Shown here one piece after another: positions 21,518 to 35,972 of a DNA stretch of 64,000 bases. The stretch is from Octopus vulgaris (lineage: Eukaryota), in assembly GCA_951406725.2 (NCBI GenBank), contig OX597839.1:2480001-2544000 (forward strand). The letters are read 5' to 3'. Below the pieces are notes generated by a model that saw only the letters and a list, made by a program, of their open reading frames with translations, ran no database searches and was not told where the DNA came from. Every line of letters begins with the position of its first letter. Position 1 is the stretch's first letter. Made by a program: the position numbers and the translations under genes.

Positions 21518-23646
21518 TAGATATATGCTAGAAACTAGCTTTTTCTCCATTTGCAACAAAGAAAAATCTAGAACTGAAACTAAATAATATACATGCGACC
21601 AGACAACAAAAACTATTTCAATGTACCGAATGTACTCATTCACTAATTAATGTAGGCTAACGACACTTAGTTCAGTGACACCGGCTCCGGCTACAACTCA
21701 GTTCATTCACTATTCAATACAATAACATTGTTAAATGTTTCTCGGCTGAAAGCGTGGTTGTATAGTTGAACTTGTTTGTATGTATGTCAAAATTAATACC
21801 ATAATTCAAATGAGGGCATTCTTTCGTTATGAGTACCAGTTACGTCAAATTTTTGCAGGTAAAAATAAAGTTTCTACAAATTTGAAGGATTACTTTGATT
21901 CAAATGGTAGATTGGCTCTCATGTCAACAGATGTGAGTTCATGTCACACAGGCAGCCTTTGAATGATTCTAACCAAAAAGGATTTCTCGTCCTAATGTTT
22001 TTTTTTTAATGCTATTATTTACAGCTTTTTATATACTTCAAGATCCGGTTCAATGACAGTCATTTCTATCCAAAAGGGGTTTTTAACCTCATTTTTAAAA
22101 CATGCTATTATTTACAGTCTTATGTGCTTCGAAATCCAGTTCTGAAAACAGAATTATTTCACATTCTCTGGAAAATTATTAAATTATTTTGATGTCAACA
22201 ATCTACAATACTCACATGTAAGAATAAAGTTTCTAAAAATGGATGAATAAATTTGAAGGATCACATTAGTCCAATGATAGATCGTCTCTGTCTACAGGAG
22301 GTGCAAGTTTGTGTCCATTGAGTAACCTTCGAATTTCTCTATCCAAAAAGGGTTTTTGTAACCCAGTTGTTTTTGTATGCTTATCGCTTTTTATGTGCTT
22401 CAAGATTCGGCTCTATCTAAACAGGATTTTTAACCTCATTTTTTTCATGTAGCTTTCTGTGCTTGAGATTCAGTTTCAAATAATTATTTCACATTCACTG
22501 AAAAGTTTACAATTTCTTATGACACCAACAGAATACATACAATTTTCTTTTGATGTTTTGTGTCAAAGAATTTTTTTTTAAATCTACCGTTTTTGGTAGC
22601 ATAAAAAGACTCACAGGTATATTTTTTACAACCCAATATTTTTTATGCTATTAATTCATAACTTTAAATTCCACTGAGATTGGATTTGCCTTTCATGTTT
22701 TTGGGGTCAAGAAAATAAGTAGAAGTTGAAAACTGGGGTAGAGTAATCGAATTACTCCATTCTCCACAATTGCTGGCCTTGTGCCACAATTTGATCTCAT
22801 GATTTATAGCTTCATATGTGCCTTGAGATTCAGTTCCAAAACAAAATCATTTCATGTCCTCTCAAAGTTTATGGATTATTTTGATGTCAACAACATACAA
22901 TTTTCATACATAAAAACAGAGTAATTCGAAAAGTTACTTTGGTCCAATGGTAGATCACCTCTCATGTCTCCAGGAGATACAAGTTTGTGTCACACAGGCA
23001 ACCTTTGACTTATCCTATCCAAAATGGTTTTACAATACAATATTTTAACATGCTGTTATTTTATAACATTATGTGCTTCGGGATTCAGTGCCAAAAAAAA
23101 TTGCTTTTAAATCTCAAAATTACAAACAAAACAGCAAAAACAACAACATAACAACAATATGATTAATGAATTTTAATTAGAAGCTGTTTTACTTATTATA
23201 TACATTATATATAATTTAGTATGTTTATTCATCATATATATTTTTTGTCTGGTTATTTTTTTCATTTTTGAAATTTTTTTTAAATGTTTTGCTTTGTTTT
23301 TTTTCCTTTTGGAGTGGTTAGACACTTTATTTATTTTTTATACACAGAATTGTTTATTGTCGTGATTTGATTTTCATTTATTAAAGTCTTTGTATTTTCT
23401 TTCTTTATATACATACATTCATATATATATATATATACATATATATATTTATACATATGTATATATTTATACATATGTATGTATGCATGTATGTATGAAT
23501 GTATGTATGCATGTATGTATGAATGTATGAATGTAAGTGGGTGTGTTGAAACAGGTCAGGTGGTGAAGTGTTGGGATGGAGGGAGCAGCAGGACAGAGGA
23601 AAGCAGTGGAGAGAGAAAATTGTCACGGGGGAGTAGGGTTAGTCAC

Positions 23647-23679
<33 letters not shown>

Positions 23680-23919
23680 GTTTATACACACAAGTACAAA
23701 TATTATGTATATGCATAATATATATATATTATGCATACACGTAACACACACACACATATATATACATACATATATACACATATTCATACATACATATATA
23801 TATATATAAACACACTTATACAGACAAATATATACACATATACAGATATATACACACATATACATACATATATATACACATACATATATATACATGTACA
23901 TATATATACATATGCATAC

Positions 23920-23950
<31 letters not shown>

Positions 23951-24207
23951 TATGCATATATATACATACATATAATCACACATACATACATATATATATA
24001 TATACACACACACATATGCATATATATACATACATATAATCACACATACATACATATATATATACATACATAAACATACATATGTATACATACAAACACA
24101 CACACATATATATACATGCATACACATATATATATATATATATAGATGTGTGTGTGTATACATAATATATGTATACACAATATATAATACATATATGCAT
24201 AATACAC

Positions 24208-24244
<37 letters not shown>

Positions 24245-24676
24245 TATATGCATATATAAATGCACACATACAAACATAATATATATCTTCTTACATAGAA
24301 AACAGTGTGGTGCCAGCCTAAAGAGATAAGCAGTAGGATGAAAGCCACAGCTTGCTCAGACTGTCACAGCAAAGGGACACGAACCAAAGGAACAACCACT
24401 ACAGCCCACAACGGACAACAACAGCAACAACACAAACATTGTGGCAACAACGATCAAATATTGTTACAGTAAGAGAACTTCAGTCTGATCGGAGATTATT
24501 TACAACAAATCATATGCAAAAAAAAAAATCTATCAAAATCACATCAACACCACCACCACCACCACTACTACTTCTACGATGTTTGGCAGGTTGTAGAGCA
24601 ATAGGGTTAAGGCTAGGGTACATACATTTAAAGCTATGTACAGAAATTAAAAAAATTAAGCCAGATATGAACAAAA

Positions 24677-24747
<71 letters not shown>

Positions 24748-24900
24748 TCTGGCATGTATTACATATAAACAAGCATAGAAATAGAGAGAACGCATCCACA
24801 TGGATATGAGTATATGTCATCAATATATGTGTATGTATGTATATATACATACACACACACACATATATATATATACACACACACACATACATACATACAC

Positions 24901-24931
<31 letters not shown>

Positions 24932-24940
24932 TACATACAT

Positions 24941-24980
<40 letters not shown>

Positions 24981-25025
24981 GTATACATACATACATACAT
25001 GCGCAGGCATATATATACATATATT

Positions 25026-25079
<54 letters not shown>

Positions 25080-26940
25080 TACACATATATAGAGACACAC
25101 ACATTTACATTAATATTGTTTTTACATCAACTCTTTCCCATTGATTGGACAAGGCTCCTCCAGGATGCTCTTTCTGCTGCCAACACTTGTTATACAAATA
25201 TATATACATACATATTTCAGTAAATCACAATTATCACAATTGTAAGTTTTTTTTCTTTTTTATTTTATATTTTTCATATTTTCATTAACTTTTTACAGTT
25301 GGTTTGGAACAGCAGAGTTCCTGAATCCATATGCAGCATTTCTTGACCTCCACAACCACATTATCAAGAACAGTTGTATTTATTTGGTGTGTGTGTTCTT
25401 TCTCCAACACTGGTCGAATACATTCAATTGAATTCCTGATAATGAGACTGTGAAGGTCTAGAAATGTCAGATATGCATTCAGGAACTTTACTGTTCCTAA
25501 CCAACTATAAAAAAGATACTGGACACACAAGGAGACACGAGTATGTACATACATATAAGTATATATACACACACACGTTTGTACGTGTACAGCTGATAAC
25601 TTTATTATCCAGGTGACCTAATTAGCAATGAAGGAAAGAGCTCCTAAAGAATAGCAGCCAGAATGAAAACATGTAGGTGAAAATCCAGGGAGGAATTCCT
25701 TCTGCCATGGTAACAAAGGGGATCTCTCTTTAAGCAAAAGGAGACACTAAGTGTCATGATTGTATGATGGTTGAACAAAAATGAAGCAAGCATGCTGTGC
25801 TGGATGCATAATGTTAGTGCACTTAAGTGATGAGGCACAGGTGAGCTGAGAGAGTGATTGGGTATAAATGGAACCAGATGTAGAGTGCAAGAGAGATGAT
25901 TGCAGCTGCACTGTTGCAGATGGTGTAAAGCATGACAGCTCAGTCACTGTGGTCAGATCTTCAAGTCTAAGACAGGAAAAAGGAGCCCTGCAGTGATGGA
26001 GAAAAGACGAAAATGACAGGTACTGGATGATGCTGGTAGTCACAGTCTCAACTCCCAGAGCAGGTGGCTGCTCTTCCATGCGATCTTCAGACATGAAGAA
26101 CTGCATTTGGTGGAAGATGACATTTGGATAAAAAAGTGAAAAGCAAGCCAAATGAAAGGCAGCAGGGGAAGAAGGGAAACAAAAGCAGACATGGGTAGAA
26201 GTGGTGAAAGCTGATTTCAAGATGCGGACTCACACAAACGAACATGGCAAGAAGCTGTATCTAAAAGGACTTATAACCCGTACAAGCATGGAAAAATAGA
26301 CAAAAATGATGATACATATACATACACCATGCACATATATTTACATATGTTTATGAATATATTTACACACAAACACCTATATACAAAGAGATGTAATGGC
26401 ATGTAAGTCTGAGTCTTGTGTATCCTTGTTGATACACTGAAAACATAATAACGTACTGATTGTTGAGTTGAGATTACATTACAGACAGCAACAGGGTAAA
26501 CAGAAACTGAAAGGAAAACAGCCCATTGTGTGTGGGGGTATTTGGGGATGGCTTTAAACTGCATCGGTGGTGAGGTCCTGGTTTGGGAACTCCAGGGTCT
26601 TGAGGAATGTAGAATTACTTCTTAGCCATTATGGTCTTCAGGACTACCCGGATCTGGAGTAATAGCACCTGTCAGGGTACCAGCTATAAGTTAATTAGTA
26701 TATTAGGGTTTGCCTACCTCTGCAATGTGAAGGCTGGATCTGGCAGACACTGCAGAAGAAACCTTCATGGTTAAACAGAGGGAACGGCAGCTGCAGGATT
26801 GCATTGTGGAGGGCAGAGAACAAGATGGGGGTAAGTAGGACATCCACTGCATCTGTCTCCATCTCCAGTGATCTGAACCTGGTCTTACCACTGGATTGAA
26901 GGTGAGAGAGACAGGTTGACAATGTGCAACTCATCTTCAC

Positions 26941-26996
<56 letters not shown>

Positions 26997-27573
26997 CTTG
27001 TATATATATATATATATACAAGTCATCAGTCATTCTTAAGGCTGAATAGACGGTCCTTGTCACTCCAACTGCCAAACCTGTGTGCTTGTGTATAAGCTTG
27101 TATTTCCTTATCTATACAAGTGTTCATGCTGATAAAAGAAAGAAGCTAAAATACAAAGGACTTAGGAAGTCATGAGGCATGATTATCGCATGCCCTATGA
27201 CTCCAGTAAGAATTAGATATTGTACATTTGTAGCTAAAACCATGATATTTAACCTGGTTAGCATTGGATTTACACAGGGGAGTAACAGAGCAGTAGATTC
27301 ACGAAATACAGAGAGTGTGTCAGCATGGATATAAAAGAGACATGCTGCAGTGCTTCTCAACAAGGATCCATAAGGCCTTCGGGGGGTCTGTGCTAACGAA
27401 ATAGTAAATGAGGGACCCACAATAGTATTTCAAATGTCCATCTAAAGTTTTGATATAAATGTGTCCATTGCAAGCAACATTTTTTGGTTTTGTAACATTT
27501 CACATGGTTCAACCTACGCCAATAAATGTGTGAATGGCAGGAATTCTGAAAGTAGTATCTATAAAATAAATTT

Positions 27574-27791
27574 TTAACCCTTTAGCATTTACATTACTGT
27601 CGAAAGCAATGCTTATTTATTCTCATTGTTTTGAATTAATCGCATTATCTTCTAGATTTGAGATTTTTGAAGAGGTAACTGTTTAATTTTTAGAATGATA
27701 TTGTAGGGTTAGTGTGAGAGGCCAAATCTGGTCAGTTAGAACAGGTAGAATGTTTTGTCCAGATATGGCCGGTTTAAATGCTAAAGGTTAA
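27574..27791. mobile_element. Second piggyBac-type MITE family (also ~43885-44300, ~46353-46894, ~47419-47580)
   Basis: TTAACCCTTTAGCATT ... AATGCTAAAGGTTAA. Confidence 0.75.
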
Positions 27792-28216
27792 ACATTGAAT
27801 GACTATGGGGGTCCACCAGAATAAAATACTAATAAAAGGGGTCCACAGATAAAAATAGTTGAGAATTATTCTGCTAGAATAAGAGAACATGAAAGAACAT
27901 AATGTCAATGAGTTGTTAAATAAAACAGTTGAAGTGACTGCATAGTTGGAGCATTTTAAGGCTGAGATTGGGGTCAGTGTGGTAGCCACAAGGAAAAGGG
28001 ATGGAATATAAAAATTGAGCCATAGTGGTGGCCTGAAAATATGGAATGAGACGATTCAGTTGGTGCAGCCGTTTGGATGCTGATGGTTTGTCATGGCTTA
28101 TTGGACATTCGGCCTGTTTTTGGGGACTGGACTTTATGGTGATAAAGGCAAATACTCACTCACACACACACTCATGCTATGCATGTGAATGCAGAAATAT
28201 AGAAATACAGATAGAA

Positions 28217-28277
<61 letters not shown>

Positions 28278-29585
28278 GACACAGTATGGGTGGGGGGTAA
28301 AGACAGGCGAAATACCTATTTCTTTACTACCCACATGGGGCTAAACATAGAGAGGGCAAACAAGGATAGACAAACAAATTAAGTCGATTATATCGACCCC
28401 AGTGTGTAACTGGTACTTAATTTATCGACCCCGAAAGGATGAAAGGCAAAGTCGACCTCGACGGAATTTGAACACAGAGAGGGCAAACAAGGACAGACAA
28501 ACAAATTAAGTCGATTATATCGACCCCAGTGCGTAACTGGTACTTAATTTATCGACCCCGAAAGGATGAAAGGCAAATTCGACCTCGGCAGAATTTGAAC
28601 TCAGAACGTAGCAGCAGACGAAATACTGTTAAGCATTTCGCCCAGTGTGCTAACGTTTCTACCAGTTCGCCGCCTGTAAAAGTAGGTATACAGTTGCTTA
28701 ATGAGTGGAAGGTCCTTTTCATTTCTCTATTTCCACTTTTAGGAGAATTATGAAATGAACATCCCACTCCTATTAAGCAACTATAAACCTACTTTTGCCC
28801 AACTCTTGCATATTAATTGAACACAACTGGCATAAACATTTTCCATCTCCTCAGACACACAAAGAGAAATACACTCACACACATAAACAAAGAGGGGGAG
28901 AGAGAGAGAGAGAGAGAGGGAGAGGGGGGAAAGATAGAGAGACTGAAGGAAGAGAATGAAAGAAACAATACAATGAAACATTTCAGCATTAAAATGTGTC
29001 TGAAGTCAAATAATAAGACAGCATTGAATCAGCAACACCTGACAGGTGTCAGCAAAAAACAGCTGTGCTAAAGCATCTCATACCTGCCGAAATAACCCAG
29101 ACATTTACTCAATAGCAATAGCCCTGACTGATCAGCAGCCCCCTGAACGGAGTTGTGGGTGGTGATACTGTTGAAAGTGGCGATATGAGTTTGAGCAGAT
29201 GAATAATGATGAAAGACATATCCTGGAGTACAGTGGTTCCCAAACTTTTTGAGGATGCCACCCCTCTTGGTACTGAGGCTACATTCCAAGTGACCCCCCC
29301 CCCATCACAGACATAGACCCTTTTCTGCAGCAAGTTCAAAACAACAATATTTCACAAATAAAACTTAACCTAATTACCCTTTATTTTATCTGGTTTTTTT
29401 TACATCCATTGCCCCATTTTGGTCCCCCCACTTTTCTTCAAGGACCCCAGGATCTTTCCACCCCACCAGGGAGGTAGTACCGCCCACTTTGGGAATCACT
29501 GCGTAGTACAAACTGTATGTAATTATATATACATACATAAATGCACACTCATATATACATATATATATACACACATATATACATA

Positions 29586-29622
<37 letters not shown>

Positions 29623-31083
29623 CTTATATATTATTTGTATGTGTAGCTGTGTGATAAGAAGCTTGCTTCCCAACCACATAGTTCTGGGTTCAGTTTCACT
29701 GGACCTTTAGGTAAGTGTCTTCTACTCTAGCCTTGGGCTGACTAAGGCCTTGTGAGTGGATTTGGTAGATGGAAACTGGAAGAAGCCCCCATCATATACA
29801 TATATAAATATATCTATCAATGCATATCTTTTTGTGTGTGTTTATCCCCTCACCACTACTTGACAACCTGTGTTCATGTGTTTACATCTCCATAACTTAG
29901 TGGTTTGGCAAGAGAGACTGACAAAATAAGTGCTGGGGTCGATTAATTTGACTAAAGATTCTTCAATGTAGTGCTCCAGCATGGCCGCAGTATAATGATT
30001 GAAACAAGTAAAAGATATATATATATATGTGTACATTATTTTACTTGTTTCAGTCATTTGACTGTGGCCATGCTGGAGCACTGCCTTGAAGGTGTTTTTA
30101 GTCAAAGAAAGCGCTCCCTGGACTTATTCTTTGTAAACCTGGTACTTATTCTATCGGTATCTTTTGCTGAACTGCTATGTTATGAGAACGTAAACACACC
30201 AATACCAATTGTGGAGAGGACAAACACAGATACACACACCATTTACCAAATCCACTCACAGGGTTTTGGTTGGACTGAGGCTACAGTAGAAGACACTTGA
30301 CCAAGGTGCCACACGGTGGGAGTGAACCAAGTATCGTGCAGTTAGGAAACAAGCTTCTTACCACACAGACATACTTGCATATAGTGGCTAAGAGGTGGTT
30401 CCACACTCCTCAAAACCCAGTAAATCCTGAGCCAGAAGCACAGTGCCAAGATGCAGTTTGCATTTCAAAGACATACCCAGGTCTAGTCTGTCCATTTGAG
30501 TGAGGGGACGCAAAAATACCCTTGGTTGGTCCAAGGTGTACAATAAAACCTCTGGGAATGAGGGACCGCCTAGATATTGTGACAGTATCCTACTAAGTGA
30601 AGGATACAAATGTAAAGCCTGGGGTTTCCTGGTCATCTCACTTCAGTCAGTCACAAGGTGCTAATCACAGACGCAGAATATGTATTTTATTTCTTTATTG
30701 CCCACAAGGGGCTAAACACAGAGGGGACAAACAAGGATAGACAAAGGGGTTAAGTCGATTACATCGACCCCAGTGTGTAACTGGTACTTTATTTAACGAC
30801 CCCGAAAGCATGAAAGGCAAAGTTGACCTCGGCGGGATTTGAACTCAGAATGTAATGGCAAATGAAAGCAGAATATGTATTTGATATTGTATACATATCC
30901 ACTCTGCACAGTGTATTGAGTTTGATACTAAATAATGTTTACATTATGTAAAATATATTATAAACATTCTTTATGACTGTTCGGCTACAATATATATGTA
31001 GAAGCACACAAATACACACACAAACATATATATATATATATATATAGATGCATACACATACTCATACACATATAGATATTTAC

Positions 31084-31170
<87 letters not shown>

Positions 31171-32184
31171 TATATGCATGTACATATATTACAAATACAC
31201 GCTCACATATATACATATATTCCACCCACCCCACCACTCCCCCACACACATTAGTACATGAACAGAACTCATTTTCTGATTGTTTATTAATACAGTGAAA
31301 AATCTAATTAAGCAGAGAACTCAGACAGAGGTAGTGGTGATGGTGATGGTGGTGGTGATGGAGAAATGGACTTCAGAAAGCAGGGTGCAGCAAGGGGGTG
31401 GTAGGTATGGTGCCATTGGGTGGGGGGGGGGTGTGCATTCTGTCAGTTAGGGGGCACAGGGGTTCAGGGAAAATTGCAAACAGGGAGTGTGTGCGCATGT
31501 GGATGTGTGGGATAGTAGCAAATGTAGAAAATACTTAAAAAAAAAACAAAACAAAAATGTTTCTTTTAATCTATAAAATATATAAATTAACTAAAAAATA
31601 ATAATAAATAAATGAAGGGCATCATACCCCACCACTGCCACACCATGTGTTGAATATAAAGCACCAAAAATGAATATGATAAAGACATGTATGGAAGGAT
31701 ATATGTATATGTGTGTGTATATATATATATATATATGTGTATATGTATATATATGCATGTGTGTGTATGTGTGTACATATATATACGCTTTTACTTGTTT
31801 CAGCCATTTGACTGCGGCCATGCAGGAGCACCGCCTTTAGTCGAGCAAATCGACCCCAGGACTTATTCTTTGTAAGCCCAGTACTTATTCTATCGGTCTG
31901 TTTTGCCGAACCGCTAAGTGACGTAAACACCCCAGCATCGGTTGTCAAGCAATGCTAGAGAGAGACAAACACAGACACACAAACATACACACACACATAC
32001 ATATATACGACAGGCTTCTTTCAGTTTCCGTCTACCAAATCCACTCACAAGGCTTTGGTCGGCCCGAGGCTATAGTAGAAGACACTTGCCCAAGATGCCA
32101 CGCAGTGAGACTGAACCCGGAACCATGTGGTTGGTCAGCAAGCTACTTACCACACAGCCACTCCTGCACCTATATATATATACG

Positions 32185-32229
<45 letters not shown>

Positions 32230-32354
32230 AATGTGTTTGTGTGTATATATATATATATATATATCAGTACTAACACAAAACTTTCAGCCCTGAATCACTC
32301 TGTAGCTTCAGCTGAATATTAATAATATTGTATTTATATGTATGTGTGTGCATG

Positions 32355-32389
<35 letters not shown>

Positions 32390-32905
32390 AAGCATGTGTG
32401 TATGCATGCATGCATAGTTGCTATGGTCAATCTGTGATGTAACAGTGATTTGTCTTGCATAGGATATGAGAATATATAAGCTCTACAAGTGGACGAAAAA
32501 AAAAAATACCTAAACAAGCAAGATTAGAAGGCAAACATAAGACAAACAAACAAATAAATAATATACAAAGATGAACAAATAAAAAAACCAGGATGGAAAA
32601 AGAGAGTTTGAGGCCTGCAAACTAAAGACACTGTGAATTTACATTCTTTTCTGTTTAAATTTCCTCTTAACACTCTTAGTGCTTTTACTTCTCTTCCAGA
32701 AAGCATTAAATCTGAAAGAAAAGTTCTCACTTCTGTTCCTATGATTGGTGCATCTATTTTCATTGTACACATTCTTCAATTGTTGTCATTTCATTTCAGA
32801 TTTTGATGTTTTTTTCCATCATATGTATTATTTGTCTGACTTCATCATATATCATTTATTTGTCTCTCCTTCCTTCTGACCTCGTAACCTTCCTTACTTA
32901 TTTGT

Positions 32906-32954
<49 letters not shown>

Positions 32955-33112
32955 CACACACATTTATATAAATATATACACAAATATTTTTATGTATATG
33001 CATATATATTGCATATATATATATATATACACACGCATACACACATTTATATAAATATATACAAAAATATTTTTATGTACATGCATAAATATGCATACAT
33101 GTATATGTGTGT

Positions 33113-33150
<38 letters not shown>

Positions 33151-33797
33151 TACATATATATATGTGTGTATTTATATATGTATGTATATATGAAGATGTG
33201 TGTGCGTGTGCACATGTGTATATACATATATGTATATATGTATGTGTATTTGTGTATAATGCATGTATAATGTGTGTGTGTGTATGTATATTGAATGGTG
33301 TGGATGAAAGGAATGAAATAAATCTGTTGAAAGCTGCAATGAAAGGGTGACTGAATTGTAAGATTGAAATAAGATTTCAAAAAAAGAAAACAAAAAAAAA
33401 CACTCAAACACAAAAGCAGAGGATGATGTGAGGGTGGTAGTGTGAGGTGTAGATTGACAGCAAGCTTCACTGTGCACTCAGCCAGCCAGCCAGCCAGCTG
33501 GCCAGCCACCACATGTCATACAGGTAATTAGAAAAAAAACCAGAAAAAACTCAACAAAAAACACTTAATTAGAGGCAGCGTGGTGGTGGATAGGGATAGG
33601 GAGGGAGCAGAGAAGACAGGGGGTCAAAGGTGGGAAGAAGGGGTTTGAAAAAAGAAAGAAAAGAACAGAGAAAGAGAGAGAGAGTGACAGACAGAGGGGG
33701 AGAGATAAAAACCAGAGAAAGCAAAAGGGATTGATTTGTGGAAGGACGAAAGGGGAAGGATTTGATTGCGTGAGGTTGGGATGGGCCAGGATGGAGA

Positions 33798-34021
33798 TCA
33801 ATACAGAATGATCTTTTTCTGAATTGGTTTGCGGCACATGTGACACTGCTTCAACACTTCACCGCACTCTTTGCAAGTGGTGTGCCCACACACGAATGCC
33901 ATGTTGCGACGCCGCTCCATGCAGATTGAACATGTGATCTGTTCTTCCAGTTCTTGAATCTGTTGGTGTTTTGAATCCAGTGAACTTGGTGATGAATGGA
34001 GAATATTGAACTGGGAGCCAT
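33798..34021 (-). CDS. MIB2: MIB2 last coding exon, RING 2 ([23 protein letters not shown]...[15 protein letters not shown])
   Basis: 224 nt ending in TGA. Confidence 0.94.
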
Positions 34022-35613
34022 CTGGAATAATAGAGAAAAATCATAAACATATGTACACACATTTATTTACGCACGTACATACATACAGACAGATCTAGAT
34101 TGCTGCTTGATAAAGCTGTTCATCATCATCATCACCATCATCGTTTAACGTCCGCTTTCCATGCTAGTATGGGTTGGACGGTTTAACTGGGGTCTGCGAA
34201 GCCAGAAGGCTGCACCAGGCTCCAGTCTGATCTGGCAGTGTTTCTACAGCTGGATGCCCTTCCTAACGCCAACCACTCCGTGAGTGTAGTGGGTGCTTTT
34301 TACGTGCCACCGGCACAGGTGTCAGATGAGGCTGGCAAACGGCCACGATCGGATGGTGCTTTTTACGTGCCCCTAGAGACCTAGATTTTATCAGGCATGC
34401 AAGGAATACACTATTCTTCGGTAAAAGATTAGCCAAAGTAAAAAGAAAACAATAAAACAAGGGAGGTAACCTTATCGTGACTCACTAACTTTTTTCTTAA
34501 ACGAAGAGTTATCTTTTCCTGATAAGAACGACTTGCAAATTCGTGATGCCCCAACTTTTCCCTCACAAATGAAGATTAATTTAAATTGCCAAAATAGATT
34601 TTAATAACCAGGTGAAATGAACATTTAGGTGAGTTTTTCTATGAACCCCAGACCCTCGAAAGATCTATTAACTCCTCAATAAGCATATGTTATTAAAAAA
34701 CAACAAACTAGGCGTAGGAGTGGCTGTGTGGTAAGTAGCTTGTTTACCAACCACATGGTTCCGAGTTCAGTCCCACTGCGTGGCACCTTGGGCAAGTGTC
34801 TTCTACTATAGCCTCAGGCCGACCAAAGCCTTGTGTGTGTGTATATGTTTGTGTGTCTGTGTTTGACCCCCAACATCGCTTGACAACCGATACTGGTGTG
34901 TTTATGTACCCGTTACTTAGCGGTTCGGCAAAAGAGACCGATAGAATAAGTACTGGGCTTACAAAAGAATAAGTCCCGGGGTCGAGTTGCTCGACTAAAG
35001 GCGGTGCTCCAACATGGCCGCAGTCAAATGACTGAAACAAGTAAAAGAGTAAAGAGCAAACTCGTTTTCACAGTTTCATCTCCCAACAGAAGCATCTCTC
35101 TCTCTCTCTCTACACCACCCCCCGCGCGCACACACACACACATACACGCACACACGCATTGTCCAGTGTGTTTGAGATCTTTTTCCTTCATTTTAAATAC
35201 ATTAGAAGGAGGGAAGTTGCAGGATGGTTTGGCTGCTACTTCCAGTAGGTCAAGCATTGAATAGAGGCATCATCAGCGCCCGAGGTTGACACTGATAGGA
35301 TCTGAACTCAGAACCTAAAAGAATGAAGACGTGGCTGTGTGGTAAGAAGTCTGCTTCTTACCACACAATACTTAGGCTTAAGAAATAAGTCCTGGGGTTG
35401 ATTTGTTCAACTAAAACCCTTTCAGGGTGGTGCTCCAGCATGGACGCTATCAAATGACTGAAACAAGTAAAGGAATACAACTGAGAGAATCCCTTAGTGG
35501 GGCCATGGTGGTTCATTTCATTGACTTTGGATGTACAAAAGCATAACACTGCTAGGATTTGAACTCAAGCAGACAGACAAATGGGAGAGAAACAGAGAAA
35601 GAAACAGACAGGT

Positions 35614-35687
<74 letters not shown>

Positions 35688-35889
35688 GGTCACAGAGAGA
35701 GAGAGAGAGAATAGATTGATATACTGACAGAGATGGACAGACATACAATAGATTGAAGTACTGAGAGATAGAGAGAGAGAGAGAAACAATAGAATGATAT
35801 ACTGAGAGTTAGAGAGAGAGAGAGAGATAAAGAAAGAAATAGAAAGTGAGAGAGAGAGAGAAACAATAGATTGATATACTTAGAGATAT

Positions 35890-35926
<37 letters not shown>

Positions 35927-35929
35927 AAT

Positions 35930-35972
<43 letters not shown>

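Noticed and set aside
21640-21785. Possible promoter or non-coding first exon (TCAGTT, CpGs, GTATGT)
   Set aside because: The motifs are short and no downstream exon was found.
23405-25110. Dense stack of overlapping ORFs
   Set aside because: (TA)n/(CA)n/(GA)n repeats lacking stops; no coding signature.
25700-26310. 157-aa ORF at 25747-26220 (-)
   Set aside because: No recognisable domain; the + strand shows decayed RTE-like 3'-end fragments.
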